A DNA stretch of 64,000 nucleotides from Octopus vulgaris (taxonomy: Eukaryota). This document shows positions 43,903-56,949 of this stretch, piece by piece. The stretch covers positions 7,936,001-8,000,000 of the forward strand of contig CATOCA020000001.1 in assembly GCA_951406725.2 (NCBI GenBank). Direction: 5' to 3'. The translations under genes were made by a program, and so were the position numbers. The first letter of the stretch is position 1; each line of letters starts with the position of its first letter. Under the pieces are notes generated by a model, which did not search any database, was not told the DNA's origin, and worked only from the letters and a program-made list of their open reading frames with translations.

Positions 43903-44489
43903 CATACATATATATATATAATGGAAATTTATTAAATAATTGTGAAATAGTCATAAAGATATTTACAAAAATTTATTAAGTAAGCACTTGTTGATAGTGT
44001 CTGTCGAAATATTAGCAACGTAGATGAGATCAGATCAAAGATCAATACCGGAGGTTTTATTGTACAAATTCTGTGTCATTGATTCTTTTACTAGTTTTCA
44101 TAAATCTACCTTTCTTTAGAGAATCAATTTATTTTTCATATAAAGAGCCCCCCACCCTAGCTGGGGTATGATCCACAGATTTGTAGCTCAAGATGTAAGC
44201 AGAGGAATGTAGCTAACCTAGAGACACAACACGATGACTGTTGTTAGGTTTATTAGTGTCAAGAAGAACATTCAGCTATAAATAATACTTTTACAATGTG
44301 TTTATATATTTTGGTAGTTCTGACTTTATGAATTCCTCCTAGCGTGTGGCATTTATGTATAGTAATGCCCTCTATATAATATAAAAAAATACATTTAAAT
44401 GAAAAAAATGGTGGATTTTTCTCTTATGATGCTTTTCACGCTAACTACTTGATAAATCCTTATAAAGATTTTATACTATCTCTAAATTG

Positions 44490-44545
<56 letters not shown>

Positions 44546-44713
44546 CCGGAGTAAACACATAAATGTGAAACAAGGTGGAAAAAAAAGAGTACTCAAATAC
44601 CAGTGGTAGAGTAATGTGCTTTATAAAGTATATATTATATATATATAGATAGATAGATAGATAGCTAGATGTATAGATATATGTGTACATATATATATAT
44701 GTATATATATATA

Positions 44714-45115
44714 CTCTTTACTCTTTTACTCTTTTACTTGTTTCAGTCATTTGAGTGCGGCCATGCTGGAGCAACGCCTTTAGTCGAGCAAATCGACCCC
44801 GGGACTTAATCTTTGTAAGCCCAATACTTATTCTATCGGTCTGTTTTTCCAAACCGCTAAGTGACGGGGACGTAAACACACCAGAATCGGTTGTAAAGCA
44901 ATGCTAGGGGGACAAACACAGACACACAAACATATACACACACACTTATACATATATACATATATACGACAGGCTTCTTTCAGTTTCCGTCTACGAAATC
45001 CACTCACAAGGCATTGGTCGGCCCGAGGCTATAGCAGAAGACACTTGCCCAAGATGCCACGCAGTGTGACTGAACCCGGAACCATGTAGTTGGTTAGCAA
45101 GCTACTTACCACACA

Positions 45116-45120
<5 letters not shown>
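44714..45120 (-). mobile_element. Family A SINE
   Basis: Reverse complement of the family with a (CTCTTTTA)n tail. Confidence 0.85.
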
Positions 45121-45211
<91 letters not shown>

Positions 45212-45265
45212 TATAGATATATAAGTAATATATATATATATATATATATATATAATGATAGATAT

Positions 45266-45301
<36 letters not shown>

Positions 45302-45308
45302 TAATAGA

Positions 45309-45359
<51 letters not shown>

Positions 45360-45468
45360 AATTGAGGGTAAAATTATCTGAGAGAAATTTTCTTTAGTAG
45401 TGGAAATGGCAAAAAACTTTTTGGGCTGCTATTTCTAGCAAGTTCAGTATGTGGCAAAGTAATTTATT

Positions 45469-45517
<49 letters not shown>

Positions 45518-45727
45518 GTCTCTATCTACTCGCTAACACTCACGCTACAATATACACACATATATCTTTAATCAAACATACATTCACCCTACATGTATGT
45601 ATGTATGTATGTATGTATGAATGTATGTATGTATGTATGAATGAATGTATGCATGTATGCATGTATGTATGTATGTATGCATATTTATATATATATGTAT
45701 TGTATGTATGCACATTAATATACACAT

Positions 45728-46412
<685 letters not shown>

Positions 46413-46751
46413 TCGACTGGTCCCCTCCCCGAAAATTTTCGGGCCTTGTGTATGTATGTATGCGTGAATGTATGTATGTATGTATTACGTATGTATGTAT
46501 GATCTATGTATATATGTTTCTGTGTGTGTATGTAAGATGCATGTATATATGTTTCTTATTGTGTATACATGCAATTATGTATATTTCTATGTATGTATAT
46601 GATTTGTATAAATGAAGAAAGTGAGAGAGGGCGGAAGAGAAGGAGAGAGACAGGAAAGATGAAAACTAAAAAAATAGGACTTCTTGGGAGTGATATATAA
46701 AATATTTATATATGTAAATAGAAAGAAACAAAACACTGATGAACATCAAAG

Positions 46752-46787
<36 letters not shown>

Positions 46788-46845
46788 AATGTATCTACGT
46801 ATATACGTATGTAAGTATACATATATTTATGTACATATATATGTA

Positions 46846-46984
<139 letters not shown>

Positions 46985-46994
46985 GTATATATAT

Positions 46995-47060
<66 letters not shown>

Positions 47061-47389
47061 AGAGAGAGAGAGGGAGAGAGAGAGAGAAAGAGAGAGTATG
47101 TCCCGAATTTAAGGCAATTGGGCTTAAATGACAATATATAAATGTGGTAAGTTGTGAAAATCATACAACATTATAAAAGTTTTGTGTCCCTTCCTTTTCT
47201 TTCAGACTAAAGAAATAAAGATTTATTTATTAAGTAATGGCTACAGAACGAAATACAATCGTAAGCCACAGTAATACACAGGCACACACACATACATGAA
47301 TATATATTTGTAAATAAATATATCCCTACATATATGCATACATACATTCATAAATGGTGGCACACACCTAAACACTTGCACACAAATAT

Positions 47390-47594
47390 ACTCTTTTACT
47401 CTTTTACTTGTTTCAGTCAGTTGACTGTGGCCATGCTGGAGCACCGCCTTTAGTCGAGCAAATCGACCCCGGGACTTATTCTTTTTGTAAGCCCGGTACT
47501 TATTCTATCGGTCTCTTTTTGCCGAACCGCTAAGTGACGGGGACGGAATCACACCAGCATCGGTTGTCAAGTAATACTAGGGGAACAAACACAG

Positions 47595-47637
<43 letters not shown>

Positions 47638-48193
47638 CGACAGGCTTCTTTCAGTTTCTGTCTACCAAATCCACTCACAAGGCATTGGTCGGCCCGGGGC
47701 TATAGCAGAAGACACTTGCCCAAGATGCCACGCAGTGGGACTGAACCCGGAACCATGTGGTTGGTTAGCAAGCTACTTACCACACAGCCACTCCTGCGCC
47801 TATATATGCATATATATATACTCTTTTACTGTTTTACTTGTTTCAGTCATTTGACTGCGGCCATGCTGGAGCAACACCTTTAGTCGAGCAAACCGACCAC
47901 GGAACTTATTCTTTGTAAGCCCAGTACTTATTCTATCGGTCTCTTTTGCCGAACCGCTAAGTGACGGGGACGGAATCACACCAGCATCGGTTGTGAAGCA
48001 ATGCTAGAGGGACGAACACAGATACACAAACATATATATATATATTTCAGTTTCCGTCAACCAAATCCACTCACAAGGCTTTGTTCGGCCCGAGGCTATA
48101 GTAAAGGCACTTGCCCAAGATGCTACGCAGTGGGACTGAACCCGGAACTATGTGGTTGGTAAGCAAGCTACTTACCACACAGCCACTCCTGCG

Positions 48194-48195
<2 letters not shown>
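47390..48195 (-). mobile_element. Two tandem family A SINEs
   Basis: Copies at ~47390-47800 and ~47820-48195 share the private variant GGGGACGGAATCACACC. Confidence 0.85.
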
Positions 48196-48246
<51 letters not shown>

Positions 48247-48417
48247 AAAGAGAGATGAAGGGATATATATATATATATACAAACATACATACAGACATAC
48301 ATACACACACTCACACACACACACACACACACTCACACACACACACACATACACATATAAATATATATATATATATATATATACACAAATATATGCACAC
48401 AAAAATCCATACACACA

Positions 48418-48452
<35 letters not shown>

Positions 48453-48456
48453 AATA

Positions 48457-48537
<81 letters not shown>

Positions 48538-48544
48538 ATGAGCA

Positions 48545-48736
48545 TGCATATTTGTCCATATATATACCTACCTATACATCTATATATATAAATGCAGACA
48601 TGTAATTATGTGTGTGTAACCTTGGCAATAATAGTGATTACTTGTATGTAAAAATGTCTGACCTGATTTTTGACTAAGAAGCCTGCAGTCGTTAATGTTA
48701 AGTCAAGTGTGACTCATTGCAACATTCTACACACAC

Positions 48737-48774
<38 letters not shown>

Positions 48775-49490
48775 ACAATACACTAACACAGGTAAACACA
48801 CAGGTGACTCAGACCAACAATTACTGCTATATCCTGCCCACCCAAAGGTGGCGAGCTGCAGAAAATTTAGCGCGCCGGGCGAAATGCGTAGCCGTATTTC
48901 GTCGCCGCTAAGTACTGAGTTCAAATTCCGCCGAGGTCGACTTTGCCTTTCATCCTTTCGAGATGGGTAAATTAAGTACCAGTTACGCACTGGGGTCGAT
49001 GTAATCGACTTAATCTGTTTGTCTGTCCTTGTTTGTCACCTCTATGTTTAGCCCTTTGTGGATAATAAGGAAACAGATATTTTGCCCGTCGATATGTTTC
49101 GAGTTCAAATTCAGCCGAGGTCGAATTTCCCTTTCATTAGTACGGGGTCGATAAATAAATTACCAGTTACGCACTGGGGGATCGATATAATCGACGTAAT
49201 CGGTTTGTCTGTCATTGTCTGTCCCCTCTATGTTTAGCCCCTTGTGGGTAATAAAGAAACAGATATTTTGCCCGTCGATACATTTTGAGTTCAAATTCAG
49301 CCGAGGTCAACTTTGCCTTTCATCATTTCGGGGTCGATATATTAAGTACCAGTCAAAGAATGAAGGTCGATGCATTCGACTTGTCCCCTCCCCCAAATTT
49401 CACGCCTTGTGCCTATTGTAGAACTATATATCTTGTATCAATGGGTTTTTATTCACTTTCTCTATTCCTCACTCACTCTTTATATACACA
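48545..49490 (+). repeat. Duplicated module B with young Nin-SINE multimer (paralogs ~53437-54410 and 63665-64000)
   Basis: AAAATGTCTGACCTGATTTTTGACTAAGAAGCCTGCAGT(C/T)GTT(A/T)ATGTTAAGTCAAGTGTGACT occurs at ~48651, ~53584 and ~63676. Nin-type SINEs lie at 48845-49420 and 53803-54190. Confidence 0.85.
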
Positions 49491-49494
49491 CACA

Positions 49495-49563
<69 letters not shown>

Positions 49564-49782
49564 TATATATATATAACGGCCTGGAACACACAAGTGCAAA
49601 CAAGGGAGACAGAGAAAGGCAGAATGCCACTTATATTTGAACTCTATACAAACATTCCTTTAAAAAAACTTTCTTAATTTAATTATTTAATCGTTACAGT
49701 TGTAAAGGTCTCAAAATGACCGAAACCTGTACTGAAATGTCCTTTATAAAATTATTTTAGCATTTTCTATTTTGACTTGTTT

Positions 49783-49827
<45 letters not shown>

Positions 49828-50320
49828 TTGAGGTTATGAGAGGTAATGGTGTCAATAAAACACAAAGGTGCCAGGTACTAAAGCGGCTTACACACAAGGT
49901 ACAGGAATCTTTTATGTAAACCATTCTGCCTAAATAATGGAGCTACAGATACAATATCCCTGCATATCTCACATCTATTTTCATTCCTCCACTCCACTCT
50001 CTATTTCATATCTTATCTAGAATAACTATTGCTTAACAATCTCCTCACACCGTCTACGGTGAAGGGATATATAAATTATCCCGGAAACAGCTCTAAGACC
50101 TTCTCTTTATAAATGTTCTGAGATCTTTCACAGCCTGAGATTTTTATTTCATTCTGTTAATTTTTTTTCATATCTACGCATGCTGATATATGAGATACGT
50201 TGGACTCCTCATTTCCTGAATCACCGAACATGGAGCTTAACTACAGTCTGTCCATAACACTTACTCAGCATTACCTGGCACCTTTGGGATTTATTGACCC
50301 CATTACCTCTCATAACCTAT
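49828..50320. mobile_element. (TA)n-flanked element with terminal inverted repeats and a decayed internal hammerhead motif
   Basis: AGGTTATGAGAGGTAATGGTGTCAATAAA...AAAGGTGCCAGGTA pairs with TACCTGGCACCTTTGGGATTTATTGACCCCATTACCTCTCATAACCT. The HHR-like GTCT-acggTGA-AGGGATA..TATCCC-GGAAACAGCTcTA-AGAC lies at 50052-50099. Confidence 0.6.
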
Positions 50321-50944
50321 ATATATATATATATATATATAGGTGAGCTCGAATCCCGGACCGGGCTGCGTGTTGTGTTCTTGAGCAAGACACTTTATTT
50401 CACGTTGCTCAAGTTCACTCAGCTGTAGAAATGAGTTGCGACGTCACTGGTGCATTTACTCAGCATTACCTGACACCTTTGGGATTTATTGACTCCATTA
50501 CATCTCATAACCTTTATATAGAGAGTGAGAGAGAAAGGAGGGAGACGGGAGAGAGAGGGAGTCAGTATGAGACAATATATTAGACAAAGTTTAATAATTT
50601 TCATCAAATAAATCAAATGATGCAGATTGGACGTTAAAATGGATTATCCTTTTATTTCATAATCCCATCCCAGATAATTGTTTCTGAGAAAAAAAGAACC
50701 AAGATATCCATAAAGAGATTTAATGAAAAAGATTACAGAGATGTACTTGCATTGCAAGTGATTTGATCTGAGATCGTGTGCTGAAACGAAAACAATTGCA
50801 GCGTGGAAGGTGTTTTTAAGCCATTTAAGATACACACAAAAGCCGTTCGATTTACTTCAACATTTAAGTTCAATTCGTCAAAGTATTTTCGTCGCTATAA
50901 GACCGCGACCTGCGGTCTTATAGAAAACATTTTTTTAAATATAT

Positions 50945-51350
50945 GAGTGGCTATGTGGTAAGTAGCTTGCTAACCAACCACATGGTTCCGGGTTCAGTCC
51001 ACTGCGTGGCATCTTGGGCGAGTGTCTTCTGCTATAGCCCCGGGCCGACCAATGCCTTGTGAGTGGATTTGGTAGACGGAAACTGAAAGAAGCCTGTCGT
51101 ATATATGTATATATATATATATATGTGTGTGTTTGTGTGTCTGTGTTTGTCCCCCTAGCATTGCTTGACAACCGATGCTGGTGTGTTTACGTCCCCGTTG
51201 CTTAGCGGTCCGGCAAAAAAGAGACCGATAGAATAAGTACTGGGCTTACAAAGAATAAGTCCCGGGGTCGATTTGCTCGACTAAAGGCGGTGCTCCAGCA
51301 TGGCCGCAGTCAAATGACTGAAACAAGTAAAAGAGTGAAAAGAGTAAAGA
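50945..51350 (+). mobile_element. Family A SINE
   Basis: Full family match. Confidence 0.85.
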
Positions 51351-51384
<34 letters not shown>

Positions 51385-51506
51385 TATCTACATTTTACTT
51401 ACATCGTTGCGGCTGATATACCTGCCACCCTTACTCAGGTGTTTTGGTGGAAATTTCAAACGTGGGCTCTCATTCCTCAGGTACTTTTCGATGTTGCCAT
51501 TATGAA

Positions 51507-51535
51507 CATTATTATTTTTATTATTATTATTATTA

Positions 51536-51617
<82 letters not shown>

Positions 51618-51631
51618 CATTATTACTATTA

Positions 51632-51727
<96 letters not shown>

Positions 51728-51742
51728 TTATTATTATTTTTA

Positions 51743-51785
<43 letters not shown>

Positions 51786-51832
51786 CATTATTATTATTAT
51801 TTTTATTATTATTATTATTATCATTATTATTA

Positions 51833-51890
<58 letters not shown>

Positions 51891-51937
51891 CATTATTACT
51901 ATTATTTTTATTATTATTATTATTATCATTATTATTA

Positions 51938-51986
<49 letters not shown>

Positions 51987-52033
51987 CATTATTATTATTA
52001 TTTTTATTATTATTATTATTATCATTATTATTA

Positions 52034-52073
<40 letters not shown>

Positions 52074-52120
52074 CATTATTATTATTATTTTTATTATTAT
52101 TATTATTATCATTATTATTA

Positions 52121-52157
<37 letters not shown>

Positions 52158-52204
52158 CATTATTATTATTATTTTTATTATTATTATTATTATCATTATT
52201 ATTA

Positions 52205-52289
<85 letters not shown>

Positions 52290-52322
52290 CATTATTACTA
52301 TTATTATTATTATTGTTGTTGT
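51507..52322. repeat. (ATT)n microsatellite with patterned ATC/TTT interruptions
   Basis: ~800 bp of ATT with a recurring interruption pattern. Confidence 0.95.
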
Positions 52323-52770
52323 TGAGTAAGAGAGCAGTGCATACCATCAAAGTGACACTTGGGTAAAATATACGAAGCCCAGTATACCCATCATGACTAC
52401 CCGTCTGATAAGGGTACACCAGGCAAATGCATCACAACCATATGTGCGCGACATGGTGATCTCATATCAAGATAAACAGCATATGACCTTGCAGGTGGGG
52501 CCCATTTAGAATTTTCTTCAGATCGAGTAACCCATCCCGCTCAAAAGGTCCCTGAATAAGGGTTGTTTAAGGATGTTGAACGAAACACCCATCTTTCCAG
52601 AGGTGAATTATTCAAACCCCAAAGAATCCTTCTCAACACATGACTATGATGCTCCCCCACTACTTCTGCTCGTGATCAGAGATGCACATATCGTCAGCCA
52701 CTAAGGGACATGCTCAACTGGTTAAGGTCAAACAACTGACAAGCAAATCTGTGGTATTGAGCAGAATGTT
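52323..52770 (-). mobile_element. Unclassified retroposon fragment embedded between (TAA)n arrays
   Basis: A complex, higher-GC segment is flanked on both sides by (TTG/TTA)n, as expected for TAA-targeting or TAA-tailed non-LTR elements. The strand is inferred. Confidence 0.4.
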
Positions 52771-52786
52771 GTTGTTGTTGTTGTTG

Positions 52787-52820
<34 letters not shown>

Positions 52821-52872
52821 GATCATTATTATTATTATTATTTTAGAAAGGATCGAGGTAACTGCTCCATTA

Positions 52873-52959
<87 letters not shown>

Positions 52960-53179
52960 TTATAATTATTATTCATGTCACTGCCTGGAATCGAAGTCTG
53001 AATGTTGGGGTTAGTAGCCCGCGCCATTAGCCTCTATGCCATATTCCCGTGGGCATATGGCATAGTGATTAAGACACCTGATGAACGCTGGAGGGTATAT
53101 CACGAGTATAGTTCATGAAAATATCACTTCTATAATTCATGTATATATATATGTATTCATCCATATGTATATATATCTT

Positions 53180-53314
<135 letters not shown>

Positions 53315-53659
53315 TATACACATATATATATATATATAGATAGATATGTATATATATATATATGTAGATATATATATATGTATGTATGTATATATATATA
53401 TATGCATATATAAATATATATGTAATGTGTGTCCATACATATTTGTCCATATATATACCTACCTAAACATCTATACATACAAATGCAGACATGTAATAGT
53501 GCGTGTGTGCGTGTATAGACTTGACAATAATGATGATGACGATTATGATGATGATGATGATGACAGCTGCTTACGTGGATGTAAAAATGTCTGACCTGAT
53601 TTTTGACTAAGAAGCCTGCAGTTGTTTATGTTAAGTCAAGTGTGACTAAGTTTCAACTT

Positions 53660-53712
<53 letters not shown>

Positions 53713-54406
53713 ACACACACACACACACAACACTACAGCACAATCACAGGTAAACACACAGGTGACTCAGACCAACAATTACTGCTATATCCTGCCCACC
53801 CAAAGGTGGCGAGCTGCTAGAGACTTTAGTGCGCCGGGCGAAATGCGTAGCCCTATTTCGTCCGCCGCTAAGTACTGAGTTCAAATTACGACGAAGTCGA
53901 CTTTGCCTTTCATCATTTCGGGATCGATAAATTAAGTACCAGTGACGCACTGGGGTCGATTAATCGACGTAATCCGTTTGTCTGTCCTTGTTTGTCCCCT
54001 CTATGTTAGCCCTGTGTTGGTAATAAAGAAACATATTTCACCCGTCGATACATTTTTAGTTCAAATTCAGCCGAGGTCAACTTAGCCTTTCTTTATTGCG
54101 GGGTCGATAAATTAAGTACCAGTCAAACACTGAAGGTCGATGTATTCGACTTGTCCCCCGCCCAAATTTCACGCCTTGTGCCTAGTGTAGAACTATATAT
54201 CTTGTTCAGCCAATGGCTTTTTCCTGAGAATATCCAAGTCTCAGTTCGAATTCTGCCAATGCTAACATTCACTTTTAACGTTTTAGTGTCGATAAAATAA
54301 GAAGCAGGTTCATATCTGGGTCGAAGAAATAAACTTGCAAACTCCAACAACAACAATTTGGGACTTGTATATATGGCTTTTTTTCACTTTCTCTATTCCT
54401 CACTCA

Positions 54407-54534
<128 letters not shown>

Positions 54535-54543
54535 GTATATATA

Positions 54544-54616
<73 letters not shown>

Positions 54617-54684
54617 GTATATGTATCAGTAATGCAATACAAAGTATTGCCTTCCAGTAAAAAGTAGCCCGTGAGGAAAAATAC

Positions 54685-54995
54685 ACAAATTAGTAAATTA
54701 TGGCACCACTAGTACCGATATTTACTGGAAATAGCGAACGTAAAAATACGACGCAATATCCTTTTCCGGGTGTTTCATCTTTCAGATGTTCTCCCTGGAG
54801 GTAAGACGGTTTTTTTTACTCTACTTTGTTGCACACACGCATTTTTGCTAATACAAACGCGGTGAAGCTACACATTAGCGTCGTATTTTTACGTTCGCTA
54901 TTTCCAGTAAATATCGGTACTTAGTTGTGCCATTTATTTACTAATTTGTATATGTATATGTATATATATATATGTATATGTATATATATATATAA

Positions 54996-55087
<92 letters not shown>

Positions 55088-55397
55088 TATATGTATATGT
55101 ATATATATATGTATATGTATATATATATATGTACATATATATATATATATATATATATACTAGTACCGATATACTGGAAATAGCGAACGTAAAAATACGA
55201 CGCAATATCCTTTCCGGGTGTTTCATCTTTCAGATGTTCTCCCTGGAGGTAAGACGGTTTTTTTTACTCTACTTTGTTGCACACACGCATTTTTGCTAAT
55301 ACAAACGCGGTGAAGCTACACATTAGCGTCGTATTTTTACGTTCGCTATTTCCAGTAAATATCGGTACTTAGTTGTGCCATTTATTTACTAATTTGT
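54685..55397. mobile_element. Two tandem copies of a MITE (54685-54949; 55159-55397) with long TIRs
   Basis: Copy 1 has a perfect 44-bp inverted repeat, AGTACCGATATTTACTGGAAATAGCGAACGTAAAAATACGACGC, extendable imperfectly to ~70 bp. The internal regions are near identical. Confidence 0.85.
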
Positions 55398-55428
55398 ATA
55401 TGTATATGTATATATATATATGTATATG

Positions 55429-55553
<125 letters not shown>

Positions 55554-55565
55554 GTATATGTATAT

Positions 55566-55624
<59 letters not shown>

Positions 55625-55625
<1 letters not shown>

Positions 55626-55957
55626 GGGTAAAGACCCCCTTCGGTCATGAATGACCATGGGATTGCACCTAGAAAGTTACCCTCCTAGACACAAGTCCGG
55701 GCAAGTTTGTTTATGGAAGACCAGCAGTCGCCCAAGCATACCAGCCTCCCCTCTCCAGGCCACCAGTGTTATCAAGGGAAAGACAAAGGTCGACAGCTTG
55801 GCACCAGTGACGTCGCAACTCATTTCTACAGCTGAGTGAGCTGGAGCAACGTGAAATAAAGGGCCGCGCTCAAGAACACAACACGTAGCCCGGTCCGGGA
55901 TTCGAGCTCACAACCTCATGATCGTAAGGTCGACGCTCTAACCACTGAGCCATGCGC
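55625..55957 (-). mobile_element. tRNA-derived SINE (family B-like head)
   Basis: The reverse complement reads GCGCATGGCTCAGTGGTTAGAGCG...GTGAGCTCGAATCCCGGACCGGG...TTCTTGAGC. Confidence 0.7.
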
Positions 55958-55969
55958 TTATAATAATAA

Positions 55970-56292
<323 letters not shown>

Positions 56293-56299
56293 CGCACAT

Positions 56300-56665
56300 A
56301 TTGGATGTGTGGTATGTAGCTATCTAACCAATCACATGCTTTTGGGTTCAGCATGGCAGAGCAGGGAAGTGTCTTCTACTATTTCCTCGGCCCGAATAAA
56401 GCTTTTTGAGCGGATTTGGTAGATGGAAACTGAAAGAAGCCTTCGTATATTTATGTATGTATATGATTGTGTGTCTGTGCTTGTGCCCCCACTATCGCTT
56501 GACAACCGATGTTGGTGTGTTTCCGTCTCCAAAATATAGCGGTCCGGCAAAAGATAGAAGATAGAATAAGTAATAGGCTTACAAAAATTAGTCCTGGGGT
56601 CGATTTGTTCGACTGTAGGCGGACTCCAGTATGGTCGCAGTTATATGACTGAAACGAATAAAAGA
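56300..56665 (+). mobile_element. Diverged family A SINE
   Basis: GGATTTGGTAGATGGAAACTGAAAGAAGCC...GCTTGACAACCGATG...TGACTGAAAC. Confidence 0.7.
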
Positions 56666-56884
56666 AATATATATATATATAAATATATGTGTGTGTGTGT
56701 ATATGTGTGTAAAATAAGTATGTATATATACATACATGAATATATATATGAAATATATTTGTGTATGTATGCATGCATATATATGTGTATGTATGTATAT
56801 ATATATATATGTATGTATGTATGTATATATATATATATATATTTATATACGTGTGTGCGTATGTATGTAATTTATGTGTATGTT

Positions 56885-56943
<59 letters not shown>

Positions 56944-56949
56944 ATATGT

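Noticed and set aside
43980-44020. Hammerhead-like GATAG-TGT-CTGTC-GAAA
   Set aside because: There is no recognisable CUGANGA and no convincing stem I.
48655-48720. Possible miRNA hairpin TTGACTAA...TTAAGTCAA in module B
   Set aside because: Only about 8 bp pair by eye, and the 5' arm is absent from module C. The motif is retained under the module finding.
51388-52419. Poly-Asn, poly-Ile and poly-Tyr ORFs
   Set aside because: Translations of the (AAT)n array, with no supporting gene structure.
53550-53600. Box C/D snoRNA-like UGAUGA...CUGA
   Set aside because: The UGAUGA is part of a (GAT)n microsatellite and is absent from the paralogs at ~48640 and ~63670.
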